Position numbers and translations under genes: made by a program
Source: Comamonas kerstersii
GTDB taxonomy: Bacteria; Spirochaetota; Spirochaetia; Sphaerochaetales; Sphaerochaetaceae
Direction: 5' to 3'
Assembly (NCBI GenBank): GCA_963650055.1
Contig: CAVJJV010000064.1
Coordinates: 1-24,300, forward strand
Length of the DNA stretch: 24,300 nt
Shown here: positions 8,712 through 17,727 of the stretch, in pieces
Layout: each line of letters opens with the position of its first letter
Numbering within the stretch: position 1 is the stretch's first letter
The notes under the pieces: generated by a model
What the model saw: only the letters and a program-made list of their open reading frames with translations
The model's database searches: none
What the model was told of the DNA's origin: nothing

Positions 8712-9781
8712 AGGTTCTTCAGCGCTTCTTCTCCAGCCTGTATCTTCAGCGCTTCTATGAACTCGTCGAGCTCTCCGTTGAGAACTCCGTCAAGGTTGTA
8801 GCTTGTCATGTTGATGCGGTGGTCGGTGCATCTGTTCTGGGGAAAGTTGTATGTTCTTATTCTCTCGCTTCTGTCTCCCGAACCGACCATGCTCTTACGG
8901 GCATCGCTGCGCTCCTTGTTCTTTCTCTCCTCCTCCATCTCGAAGAGCCGGGATCTGAGGACTCTCATCGCCTTGTTCTTGTTCTTAAGCTGTGACTTCT
9001 CGTCCTGCTGGATGACTACGATGCCTGTCGGGATGTGTGTGATTCTGACTGCGCTGTCCGTTGTGTTGACGCACTGTCCCCCCGGGCCTCCTGCACGCAT
9101 GACATCTATCTTGAGGTCCTTTTCATTGATTACGATATCGGTCTCCTCGGCTTCAGGGAGGATGGCGACTGTTATGGCGGAGGTGTGGATCCTTCCTCCG
9201 CTCTCCGTCTCCGGGACACGCTGGACGCGGTGTACTCCGCTTTCATATCTCATGGAGCCGTAGACGTCCTTACCCGAGATTGAGCATACGATTTCCTTGT
9301 AGCCTCCTCTCTCCGTCTCGTTCTGGCTCATGATCTCTATCTTCCAGTGTTTCTTCTCCGCGTAGTGGACATACATACGGAAGACATCGGCTGCAAAGAG
9401 TGCCGCCTCCTCGCCGCCGGTGCCGGCTCTTATCTCCATGATTATGTTCTTGCCTTCGAGGGGATCTGGCGGGATGAGGAGGACCTTGCACTCCCTTTCG
9501 TCCCTCTCGAGTTTCTCCCTCAGTGACGCGATATCTTCCTTGACCATCTCCGTCATATCGGGATCGTCTTCACTTCTGAGGAGTTCTTCGTTGTTTCTTA
9601 TATCCTCCTCCGTCTTCTCGATATCCTCCAGTTTCTCGACTATCGGTGCTATATGGGAGCGCTCCACCATCTTTTCTCTGTATATCTTCATGTCTCCGAG
9701 TGTCTCCGGAAGGCTCAGCGTTCTGTCGAGAGAGCCAAGCTGCTCGCGGAAGGAGGGAAGTAAATCTATAAGTTTCTTCAT
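8708..9781 (-). CDS. prfA: Peptide chain release factor 1
   Basis: [24 protein letters not shown] (PxT motif); [34 protein letters not shown]. Confidence 0.98.
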   Translation of the reverse strand: MKKLIDLLPSFREQLGSLDRTLSLPETLGDMKIYREKMVERSHIAPIVEKLEDIEKTEEDIRNNEELLRSEDDPDMTEMVKEDIASLREKLERDERECKVLLIPPDPLEGKNIIMEIRAGTGGEEAALFAADVFRMYVHYAEKKHWKIEIMSQNETERGGYKEIVCSISGKDVYGSMRYESGVHRVQRVPETESGGRIHTSAITVAILPEAEETDIVINEKDLKIDVMRAGGPGGQCVNTTDSAVRITHIPTGIVVIQQDEKSQLKNKNKAMRVLRSRLFEMEEERKNKERSDARKSMVGSGDRSERIRTYNFPQNRCTDHRINMTSYNLDGVLNGELDEFIEALKIQAGEEALKNL

Positions 9782-11181
9782 TTTTTCTCCGGGCGGACAA
9801 TCGTCTTCTTCAGTTCCTCGGCATAGCCGATGAGTGAAAGTATTAACTTCTTGTCATCCCCATCTGTATTTAAACTATTTAGTAATTCATTACAAGTATA
9901 AAGATAGTCGTCAATCGACTGTGCTTCCTTGACGGGAGGGGCCACAAGGCGCTGGGAGCACCAGTTGCGCCACTGCACCTTCTCCTTCTCGTCGAGCACC
10001 TCAGGCCAGTTCCTTGCTACATGGCGCCATACAAGCTTGTGGTATTTGGGGTTGTCGAAGGGAGTTGTCCTCTCACCCATGAGCTTCTCCTTCGGGGAGA
10101 GAGAACGTATCTTCTCGAGTTTTGTCCTGTCGTCGGGGGAGAGAAAAGAGCCGTAGATGGAGAGGTCCGGATCGAGGTCCGGGGACTGGGGCTCGTAGCT
10201 CCTGACGAAATCCTCCGCCTTGAAGATGCCGCTTTTGAGTGCCGCATCGGCCTTTTCCATGATTTCCTTTTTCGTAAAACCGAGTCTCTTCTCGGCGTCT
10301 GAGGAGAGCGTCGAGAGCGGTGCGACGAACGGGCACTTGTTGACGCTCAGGCGGTAGATGCCGCACCCTGCATAGTCATCGAGTCTGACTGCATCTGGAA
10401 GAGGGTAGGTGAGGTCGAAGCAGTAGAGGTCGTTTTTGTTGGCCCAGAAGAGGGGAAGGAGGGGACGGGTGTTTCCCCTCTCCGAGACGAACTTCCCGCT
10501 TGTCGAGAGAACCGGTGTTCTTTTCACAATGTCGATTACGGGTCTTATATCTTCCTTTCTTCTGTGTTCGAGAGCCCATTTGAAGAGCTTCGGCTGCTTT
10601 TCCTTTATCAACTTTGCGAGGTTGACCGTCGCATAGACGTCGACGAGGGCGTCATGGGCTCCCACCTGCTCTATGTTGTTCTCCTCGGTGAGATCCGTGA
10701 GCCTGAATGATGTGAAGCCGTCTTCGTTGCGCTTATTGAAAATCAGTCCCTCCGGTCTGAGGTCCCTTGTGGCTCTGACAAGGTTGATGATGTCCCAGCG
10801 CGAGCAGCCGTTGACATACTCCCTCTCGTAGGGGTCGTAGAGATTGCGGTATAATGCATTACGGATGAATTCGTCGTCGAACTGTACTGTATTGTACCCG
10901 AGAGTGATTGTCCCGCTCTTCGTCATCTCGCCGAGTAGTATCGACACAACCTCGGCCTCGGGGAGTCCCTTTTTGTTGACTGCCTCGGGTGTGATGTGGG
11001 TTACAAGTGCAGATGCCGGAACCGGAAGGTAGTCCGGTGAGAGCTTGGAGTACAGTAGAATCGGGGGGCCTATTATGTTGAGGTCCATATCTGTCCTGAC
11101 GGCAGCCACCTGGGCTATCCTGTCATAGCGCGGATTAAGACCGAAGGTTTCGAGGTCATAGAAAAGAAATGTCGGGCTCAT
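9778..11181 (-). CDS. sbcB: Exodeoxyribonuclease I (DEDDh 3'-5' ssDNA exonuclease)
   Basis: [74 protein letters not shown]. Confidence 0.92.
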   Translation of the reverse strand: MSPTFLFYDLETFGLNPRYDRIAQVAAVRTDMDLNIIGPPILLYSKLSPDYLPVPASALVTHITPEAVNKKGLPEAEVVSILLGEMTKSGTITLGYNTVQFDDEFIRNALYRNLYDPYEREYVNGCSRWDIINLVRATRDLRPEGLIFNKRNEDGFTSFRLTDLTEENNIEQVGAHDALVDVYATVNLAKLIKEKQPKLFKWALEHRRKEDIRPVIDIVKRTPVLSTSGKFVSERGNTRPLLPLFWANKNDLYCFDLTYPLPDAVRLDDYAGCGIYRLSVNKCPFVAPLSTLSSDAEKRLGFTKKEIMEKADAALKSGIFKAEDFVRSYEPQSPDLDPDLSIYGSFLSPDDRTKLEKIRSLSPKEKLMGERTTPFDNPKYHKLVWRHVARNWPEVLDEKEKVQWRNWCSQRLVAPPVKEAQSIDDYLYTCNELLNSLNTDGDDKKLILSLIGYAEELKKTIVRPEKK

Positions 11182-11187
11182 AGCTTT

Positions 11188-11244
11188 ATTCTAACAGACA
11201 AATCCCATATTTGATATTGCCCAAAGAAGAAAAAAAAGTAGACT
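11188..11244. promoter_or_regulatory. Divergent sigma70-type promoters for sbcB and the 11252 gene, both apparently leaderless
   Basis: Minus strand: TGT-TAGAAT (-10 at 11188-11193), 6 nt before ATG 11181. Plus strand: TTGCCC (11217-11222), 16 nt, TAGACT (11239-11244), 7 nt before ATG 11252. Confidence 0.55.
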
Positions 11245-11251
11245 TGGTGGA

Positions 11252-11860
11252 ATGAAGAGACTATTTCTTTGTTTAATCCTTTTCTTCCTTCTTCTCTCCC
11301 TCTCCGCCGGTCCCTGCTACGAGGAACTGGAGACAATTTCACTTGTAACAATCTCCTCCCGTTCTTCCATTCCCCTTATTCCTCTTGAGGGTGTGTCATT
11401 CACTGCTGATGATGACCGGATAATACCCGATGTGATTACGTATTCGGATGCAGATGCCTCCACGTTTCTCCTCTCGCTCAATACAAAGCCCGAATGCTCC
11501 TTCTTCGAGAATGCACTCTATAAGCTTACACAGAACGGTGCAACGATGAAGAGAACGAAGAGCATGCTCGAGGAGAGGAACTACCGTGAGGGGGAGCTTG
11601 TCGTCTCGGGTACGGTGAAGCTCTCCGCTTCCTCCGACCTTGACAAGATGAACATCATCCTCACAGGGAATATGAGCTCTGTTACAATCGACGCCGATCT
11701 GGACCTCAGGATACTCAGCAGCGGAAAAGTCTATGTCGTGAAGGGGCGCCTGGACATAGACGGGGGAAGCGACAGAATATTTACAATTACTTCTTCTTCT
11801 TACACCGTCAATGGTATAAAATATGACTTAGATTTGAAATACAGACTCAGGAAGGCATAG
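11252..11860 (+). CDS. Hypothetical exported protein (signal peptide, beta-rich C-terminal half)
   Basis: 202-aa ORF, MKRLFLCLILFFLLLSLSA signal-like N-terminus, 1 nt upstream of the hexokinase start. No family recognised. Confidence 0.75.
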   Translation: MKRLFLCLILFFLLLSLSAGPCYEELETISLVTISSRSSIPLIPLEGVSFTADDDRIIPDVITYSDADASTFLLSLNTKPECSFFENALYKLTQNGATMKRTKSMLEERNYREGELVVSGTVKLSASSDLDKMNIILTGNMSSVTIDADLDLRILSSGKVYVVKGRLDIDGGSDRIFTITSSSYTVNGIKYDLDLKYRLRKA

Positions 11861-11861
11861 T

Positions 11862-13145
11862 ATGGACGCAAAGGAATTTCTGACAAACCACAGACTGGGT
11901 GATGAATATGTTGACGAAGGTGAAATAATCTCCTTCTTTCTCAAGGAGATGAAGAGGGGGCTCATGGGTGAGGAGAGTTCCCTCAAGATGATTCCCACCT
12001 ATGCCACAGGTCCGAAGGAAGTGAATAAGAACGAGGCTGTCATCGTCATGGATGCCGGCGGCACCAACTTCCGCACCTGTCTCGTCTCCTTCGACGAGGA
12101 GGGTAAACCGGTTATATCAGACTTCAGACGCGTTGGTATGCCGGGGGTGGAGAGAGAGGTGAGCGCAGATGAGTTCTACTCTATCTTTGCAGACAATATA
12201 GAGCGCTTCATGGGAAAGAGCACCCGTATAGGGTTCTGCTTCTCGTATGCTGCCGAAATCACCGAGGACCATGACGGTATTCCTCTTCTTTACAGTAAGG
12301 AGATAAAGGCACCCGAGACTATCGGTAAGCCTCTCATGAAGAATATCCTTTCCGTTCTCTCAAGCCGCGGCTACGATGTCTCGGGGATGAAATACAGTGT
12401 TGTCAACGACACTGTTGCAACCCTTCTTGCAGCAAAATCGGAGGGGGGAATCGACGCCTCAACATATATAGGCTTCATCCTCGGCACGGGAACGAATACG
12501 GCGTATATAGAGAAGAATGCGAATATAGGAAAAATCGCTCTCTCGGACGGTGCTCAGATAATCAATACGGAGTCGGGAAACCTCTTTGTCGAAATCAACG
12601 ACCTCGACAGCGGCTTTGCAGCCACCACCAACAACCCGGGGGCATATCACCTGGAGAAGATGATCAGCGGGGCATATATCGGCGCATTCAGCCACTATGT
12701 GATTGCCGAGGCAGTCAAGGAGAATGTATTCTCCCTCGAGTTCATGGAAGGCTTTAAAAATATACCATCACTCTCGACGATGGACACTGCGGTATATCTC
12801 GGCTCTCCGTACTCCTCTTCTACAGTCCTGGGGTCTATTGTCACGAATTCAAGGGATGCTTCCTACCTCTACACCATTTTAAAGAAGATAGTCGTAAGGA
12901 GCGCCAAGCTTACGGCGATAAATCTGACTGCAGCTGCATTGATGGGATGCTCTTCTTCGTCTCCCGACCACCCTGTTGTCATAAATGCGGACGGAACGAC
13001 CTTCTACAAGCTTCCGTTCCTCGAGCGTTATACCCGTTACTTCCTCGATAAGATTCTCGAGGAGGAGAACGGCATTTTCTACAGAATCATCAAGATAGAG
13101 TCATCTCCGATCATCGGAGCTGCAATATCCTCCCTGTCGCTATGA
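11862..13145 (+). CDS. Hexokinase (eukaryote-type family)
   Basis: SSLKMIPTY, MDAGGTNFR, GFCFSY, VVNDTVATLL, FILGTGTN.AYIE, INTESG, LEKMISGAYIG. Confidence 0.93.
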   Translation: MDAKEFLTNHRLGDEYVDEGEIISFFLKEMKRGLMGEESSLKMIPTYATGPKEVNKNEAVIVMDAGGTNFRTCLVSFDEEGKPVISDFRRVGMPGVEREVSADEFYSIFADNIERFMGKSTRIGFCFSYAAEITEDHDGIPLLYSKEIKAPETIGKPLMKNILSVLSSRGYDVSGMKYSVVNDTVATLLAAKSEGGIDASTYIGFILGTGTNTAYIEKNANIGKIALSDGAQIINTESGNLFVEINDLDSGFAATTNNPGAYHLEKMISGAYIGAFSHYVIAEAVKENVFSLEFMEGFKNIPSLSTMDTAVYLGSPYSSSTVLGSIVTNSRDASYLYTILKKIVVRSAKLTAINLTAAALMGCSSSSPDHPVVINADGTTFYKLPFLERYTRYFLDKILEEENGIFYRIIKIESSPIIGAAISSLSL

Positions 13146-13714
13146 GTACTGTTCTTCTTGTTGCATCGGATATAAATGAACTGAGGGGACTTGACGGCCC
13201 GTGGGAGAAGTGTGTCTCCGGGGTGGGCCCCGTCCTCGCCGCCGTCCATACGGTGATGGCCGCCGTGAAGTACAAACCCGACATCATCGTCTCCGTGGGG
13301 TCTGCAGGCTCCCTCGGGCGCTTCAAAAAGGGGGAGGTTGTCTCCTTCTCTTCTGTCGTCACTCCCGACCAGGACCTCAGCGCCATGCATGTTGCACTCG
13401 GTACCACAATCGGACCGGACAGAGCCACCGTGAAGGAGATATTCACACTCGACAGGATGAGTCCGTACACGCTTTATACATCGGGAAAGTTCTCGAGTGA
13501 AGTACTTCCGTCCCATACTCTTCTCAGGGCTGACGCTGCAGATATGGAGGCTTACGGGGTCGGAGCTGCGGCTGCTGCGCTCGGTGCGGGATTCTATTGT
13601 GTCAAACTCATTACAGATATCGTGGGGGATGACTCGAAGGTCGGGGATGTGGCCTTCTCCTACAGGGAGGGAAGGGCGAGACTCTCCTCCTTTTTGTCTT
13701 CTATGCTCTCCTGA
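13142..13714 (+). CDS. PNP/UDP-phosphorylase superfamily nucleosidase (MTA/SAH nucleosidase-like)
   Basis: SGVGPVLAA, IVSVGSAGSL, ADMEAYGV, KLITD; ATGA overlap with the hexokinase stop. Confidence 0.8.
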   Translation: MSTVLLVASDINELRGLDGPWEKCVSGVGPVLAAVHTVMAAVKYKPDIIVSVGSAGSLGRFKKGEVVSFSSVVTPDQDLSAMHVALGTTIGPDRATVKEIFTLDRMSPYTLYTSGKFSSEVLPSHTLLRADAADMEAYGVGAAAAALGAGFYCVKLITDIVGDDSKVGDVAFSYREGRARLSSFLSSMLS

Positions 13715-14859
13715 GGTTTGTCCTTCTTCATGATAAGTCTGGAGGGAAGGGGATTGTCTTCGACCATGTATGTGAGGAAAGAGATGATTTCATCCTTCTT
13801 CTTCTCCCAGATTCTCTCCGCCGCCTCGGTAAGGGCATCGACTGCCTCTTTCGAGATGTCATCGAGCTTGTAGTGTGTCTTCAACACATCATCCCAGACA
13901 CGGAGCACCTTTACATTCGGGATTGATTCGACTCCCTCGAGGCTTATCTTCATGTTTGCAGATCCGTAGGCGCTCATCAACGGCCCCATCCAGGAGAGAT
14001 TGCTCGAGAATTCCTCGGGAGTCATTCTAGTTACGGCCGATGCCGTTGAGAGGGAGATGAATCTGTATTCGTCTGCTTCCGGGTAGAGCCTCACAGTTTC
14101 GATGTAGGCTGCAAGAATCGGGTTGTTTGCAATAATCCCCCCGTCGATGAGTGTGAGTTCCTCTCCCGTCTCCCTGTCTATGAATTTGGCCGGTGCGAAA
14201 TAGGTCGGAGCCGCAGATGATGCACGTGCAGCTTCACGCACGAGAAAGCCGTGGCTGTCCCAGCTTCTGAAGATGAATTTCTCCCCCTTATTCACGTTGT
14301 ATGAGACAGCCATTGTCGGAACAACGGCCTCCGAGAGTGGGGTCTCACCGTAGAACGACGAGAGAAAATCTTCATAGGGGGCTATCTCATACTTGTCGTT
14401 GAAGAATCGGGTGAAGGTGTTGATGACCCTCATTAACCCCTTTACTTCCTTCTGCCGGAATATTTTTCCTCCGTTTTCCTTGTAGAGGTCGACGAAGTTG
14501 TCCGGATCTGCAAGGTGTTCGATGAAGCCTACAAGCTCATTGTACTCCTTCTTGAAGAAGCGTCCCTTCGTGTATGTCTTCTCCACTCTGTAGTCGTCCG
14601 CCTCCTCCTTCTGGAAGGATGTATCTTCCGTTGGACATGTCAGCCCGAGGGCGATAAGGGCACCGGTGCTCGTTCCTGCAACAAGATCGAAGAATGAGTA
14701 GAGGGGACGGTTTGTTCTCTTCTTGAGCTCTTCATTCATCTCCTTGAGAATATAGGCCGGGACGATACCCCTCATGCCGCCGCCGTCGATGGTGAGGATG
14801 TACCTTATCTCCTTCTTCTTCTCTTCAGTTTTCTTCTTTTTCAGGAATTTTATCTGCAT
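13660..14859 (-). CDS. Patatin-like phospholipase
   Basis: ILTIDGGGMRG, FDLVAGTSTG (GxSxG), ARASSAAPTYF, LIDGGIIANNP. Start placed at MQIKFL (14859) because the longer ORF overlaps the divergent gene. Confidence 0.92.
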   Translation of the reverse strand: MQIKFLKKKKTEEKKKEIRYILTIDGGGMRGIVPAYILKEMNEELKKRTNRPLYSFFDLVAGTSTGALIALGLTCPTEDTSFQKEEADDYRVEKTYTKGRFFKKEYNELVGFIEHLADPDNFVDLYKENGGKIFRQKEVKGLMRVINTFTRFFNDKYEIAPYEDFLSSFYGETPLSEAVVPTMAVSYNVNKGEKFIFRSWDSHGFLVREAARASSAAPTYFAPAKFIDRETGEELTLIDGGIIANNPILAAYIETVRLYPEADEYRFISLSTASAVTRMTPEEFSSNLSWMGPLMSAYGSANMKISLEGVESIPNVKVLRVWDDVLKTHYKLDDISKEAVDALTEAAERIWEKKKDEIISFLTYMVEDNPLPSRLIMKKDKPQESIEDKKEESLALPSL

Positions 14860-14866
14860 CAGATTA

Positions 14867-14915
14867 AAGATAGTCAAACGGGGTGGTTTGTCAAGAATAT
14901 GATATCGTTTATAAT
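14867..14915. promoter_or_regulatory. Bidirectional promoter with a shared -35 element; both transcripts apparently leaderless
   Basis: Plus: TTGTCA (14888-14893), 16 nt, TATAAT (14910-14915), 6 nt, ATG 14922. Minus: TTGACA (14894-14889), 16 nt, TATCTT (14872-14867), 7 nt, ATG 14859. Confidence 0.65.
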
Positions 14916-14921
14916 CCCGGT

Positions 14922-15872
14922 ATGGATGAGAAATTATACTACTCGGAATGTACCCTCTGCCCCAATCTATGCCGCGTTGACAGAACAAACGGCGGGCTCG
15001 GACGCTGCAGACAGTCTGATAAAGTCAAAGTAGCCTGGGCGGGACTCCACAGGGGGGAGGAACCACCTCTTACCGGAAAGAATGGATCGGGTATGGTCTT
15101 CTTCACTGGCTGCCCGCTCCACTGCGCCTACTGCCAGAACCGCCAGATTTCAGGATCCGACGGCGAGAACTGGGGAATCGAGATAACCACTGATGAGCTT
15201 TCCTCCCTCTTTCTCGACCTTGAGAAGATGGGGGCTGCAACGCTCAATCTCGTTACTGGCACACATTTCATCCCCTCCATAGTCAATGCTCTGGATAAAG
15301 CCCGGGAGAAGGGATTCTCTCTTCCTGCCGTCTGGAACAGCTCGGGTTACGAGAGTACCGATGCCCTCGGCCTCATAGATGAATATATCGACCTCTATCT
15401 ACTTGACTGCAAGAGCCTCAGCCGGAACGTTTCGAAGATTTTCTGCTCCCTCGGGCACTACGCCGATGTAATCGTCCCTGTGATGGACTGGATAAAGAGC
15501 CGTCATCCGGTCACGGACCTCGATAAAATCAAGGGAACGATACTCAGGCACCTTGTCTTTCCCGGTACTGTGAACCACTCTAGGAAGTTCATCAGGTTCT
15601 TTGCAGAAAACTACAAGGATAATTTCTATCTTTCTCTCATGAGTCAGTTCGTTCCACCGAGAGAGGACCCGTCGCTTACTCCGATAAGTGACGACGAGTA
15701 CGACTCTCTCGTCGCACTTGTCGAGGAGGAGGGTATAGAGAACGGCTTCATCCAGGAAAAGAGCGACGATGATATTCTCTGGATACCGGATTTCACCCTC
15801 GATGTTCCCTTCCCTGAATCCTTTGCTGATGCAAGCACTTATTTTCTTTCACTCAAGAGGAAGAGATTGTAG
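14922..15872 (+). CDS. Radical SAM protein, PflX-like (putative PFL-activating enzyme family)
   Basis: N-terminal CTLCPNLCRVDR..GRC; HRGEEPPLTG..GSGMVFFTGCPLHCAYCQN (CxxxCxxC); LNLVTGTHF; VWNSSGYE; ILRHLVFPG. Confidence 0.9.
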   Translation: MDEKLYYSECTLCPNLCRVDRTNGGLGRCRQSDKVKVAWAGLHRGEEPPLTGKNGSGMVFFTGCPLHCAYCQNRQISGSDGENWGIEITTDELSSLFLDLEKMGAATLNLVTGTHFIPSIVNALDKAREKGFSLPAVWNSSGYESTDALGLIDEYIDLYLLDCKSLSRNVSKIFCSLGHYADVIVPVMDWIKSRHPVTDLDKIKGTILRHLVFPGTVNHSRKFIRFFAENYKDNFYLSLMSQFVPPREDPSLTPISDDEYDSLVALVEEEGIENGFIQEKSDDDILWIPDFTLDVPFPESFADASTYFLSLKRKRL

Positions 15873-16545
15873 TTCCCACGAACTTTTCACCCTTGAGGAT
15901 GGCGATTGTGTTTGCCGTATTTCTGCCGTCAGCACAGATGACGCTGAGTCCCGCCTCCTCTGCAAGCCCCGAGGCAATCGGATCGAAGGGTGCGTTGAGA
16001 CCCGGCTTCCATTCGTATCCGACCATCTGTCTGAAATGCTTCCAGGTTATTCTGTCTATGGGCTGTGCATTGGGGTTCTTCCTCGGGTCGTCGGTATAGA
16101 CCTTGGCGATATTCGAGAGGTTGATTATTGTCTTTGCCCCGAAGCGCTTTGCAAGGTACACGGCATCGGTGTCCGTGGAGAAACCCGGTTTCCATCCCGA
16201 GGCGACGAGGACACGGCCGCGGGTCTTTATCTCGCCTGTGGGATCCGTGACGACACCGCACTTCACATAGTCGCTGAAGACGGCCCTCATCAGCTCCGCA
16301 TTGAGGTATGTGGCCTTGATTCCCAGCCAGTCCTCCATCTCCGGGCTTCCGGAGCCTGCTATCTCTCTGTATGCCGACTGGTAGATTCTGGCAGGGGCAC
16401 CGCCTCCGCAGACGAAGATGAGCTCTGCGCTTTTATTTTCTTCAAGATAATCCGTTACTGCTTTTTTAAACTCTTTCAGAAACTCCGTATTGACTCCATC
16501 CGGTGCGATGATCGAACCGCCGACGGAGAGAACTGTTACACTCAT
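15853..16545 (-). CDS. pyrH: UMP kinase (archaeal/spirochaetal type)
   Basis: VLSVGGSII, VCGGG..AR.YQ, DWLGI.AT.LNA, GWKPGFSTDTDAV, VYTDDP, PFDPIA. SD AAGGAGG before ATG 16545, and TGC-TATCCT (-10 at 16572-16567). Confidence 0.93.
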   Translation of the reverse strand: MSVTVLSVGGSIIAPDGVNTEFLKEFKKAVTDYLEENKSAELIFVCGGGAPARIYQSAYREIAGSGSPEMEDWLGIKATYLNAELMRAVFSDYVKCGVVTDPTGEIKTRGRVLVASGWKPGFSTDTDAVYLAKRFGAKTIINLSNIAKVYTDDPRKNPNAQPIDRITWKHFRQMVGYEWKPGLNAPFDPIASGLAEEAGLSVICADGRNTANTIAILKGEKFVGTTISSS

Positions 16546-16609
16546 ATTTTCTTCCTCCTTGAGATGAGGATAGCACATTTTCCTTCCCGGTACAGAGAGA
16601 AGAAAACGG

Positions 16610-16957
16610 CTATTCCGCTTCTATCTCCTTAATGTTTATTTCGTTTCCAGTGACGAGTTCCGTCTCCCTCGAGCCGCAGTATGGACAGGTGATTCCGTTG
16701 GGAACGGTATCGTATGTGCCGCCGCAGCTGTTGCAGTATGTAACGGCATGGATGGTCTCGACTTCGAGTGTGGTGTCACCGAAGAGGGGTGCTCTCTTCT
16801 TCGCCGCCCATTCAAAGCAGTCCTTCAGATATTCAGGAAGTACCGATGAAACTTCGCCGATCTCCATCGTGCATCTCTTGATGTGGCTGAGATTCTCATC
16901 CTGAGCCACCTTTTCAAGTCTCTCGAGAATCGTGAAGACTATACCTAATTCATGCAT
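16610..16957 (-). CDS. hypA: Nickel metallochaperone HypA/HybF
   Basis: N-terminal MHE Ni-binding motif; IGEVSSV; CNSC...CPYCGS zinc site; GNEINIKEIE. Confidence 0.95.
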   Translation of the reverse strand: MHELGIVFTILERLEKVAQDENLSHIKRCTMEIGEVSSVLPEYLKDCFEWAAKKRAPLFGDTTLEVETIHAVTYCNSCGGTYDTVPNGITCPYCGSRETELVTGNEINIKEIEAE

Positions 16958-16966
16958 TTTCTCTTC

Positions 16967-17650
16967 CTACTTCTTCTTCCATGCGAGAATTTCGTCTCTG
17001 AGCCAGCCTGTGAGGGCATCGACACCCTCTCCCGTCTTTGCGGAAATCGGGAAGACGGGCGGATTCTTCCTGTTTCTCTCCTTTATGTAGCACTTACATC
17101 TATCGAGATCGAAATCGAAGAATGATGCGGCGTCTATCTTGTTGATGATGACGGCATCGACTGTGCTGAACATCAGAGGGTACTTCAAAGGCTTGTCGTC
17201 TCCCTCCGGAACGGAGAGTATCATGACGTTCCTGACAGCCCCGGTATCGAACTCGGCCGGGCAGATGAGGTTGCCCACATTTTCGAGAGTGACGAAATCG
17301 AGGTCGTCGATTCCTATGGCATCCAGGCCCTGACGTGTCATTGCCGTATCGAGATGGCACATTCCGCCTGTGTGGAGCTGGACGGCCTTGACTCCGAGCT
17401 TCTTTATCGTGAGGGCGTCGACATCGCTGTCGATATCGGCCTCCATGACCCCGATATTGAATTCATCTTTGAGTTTCTCGATGATTCTTGTGAGCGTGGT
17501 GGTCTTTCCGGACCCCGGACTCGACATCAGATTCATCAGGAACACTCCCTTATCCTTCAGCTCGCCTCTTAATTTCTCCGCCTCCCTGTCATTGTCGGCA
17601 AAGACGCTTTCCTTCACGAGGAGTACCTTTACTTTATTGTCATTATCCAT
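16967..17650 (-). CDS. hypB: Nickel-insertion GTPase HypB
   Basis: NLMSSPGSGKTT, TGGMCHLD, ENVGNLICPAEFD, LSVPEGDDKPLKYP, NKID, SAKTGEG. Start at MDNDNK (17650) with AGGA SD. No His-rich N-terminus. Confidence 0.95.
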   Translation of the reverse strand: MDNDNKVKVLLVKESVFADNDREAEKLRGELKDKGVFLMNLMSSPGSGKTTTLTRIIEKLKDEFNIGVMEADIDSDVDALTIKKLGVKAVQLHTGGMCHLDTAMTRQGLDAIGIDDLDFVTLENVGNLICPAEFDTGAVRNVMILSVPEGDDKPLKYPLMFSTVDAVIINKIDAASFFDFDLDRCKCYIKERNRKNPPVFPISAKTGEGVDALTGWLRDEILAWKKK

Positions 17651-17672
17651 TTGTCTTTTCCTGTCTGACAGT

Positions 17673-17701
17673 ATTATGCGCCAAAAGAGAAATAAAGACA
17701 A
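17673..17701 (-). promoter_or_regulatory. Putative hypBA promoter
   Basis: TTGTCT (17701-17696), 17 nt, CATAAT (17678-17673) in the gap between MATE and hypB. Confidence 0.45.
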
Positions 17702-17727
17702 ACGGATAATCTTTTCTTGATACTCCC

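Noticed and set aside
13660..13714. Convergent 3' overlaps (55 nt here, 20 nt at 15853-15872) as antisense regulation
   Set aside because: Short tail-to-tail overlaps are common in compact genomes and nothing else supports a function.
13142..14859. Patatin plus PNP-family gene as a CBASS-like or other antiphage effector pair
   Set aside because: The genes are convergent and belong to separate units. No CD-NTase, sensor NTPase or other defence gene is adjacent, and the context is housekeeping.
15769..16632. 287-aa plus-strand ORF
   Set aside because: Antisense shadow of pyrH; no motifs.
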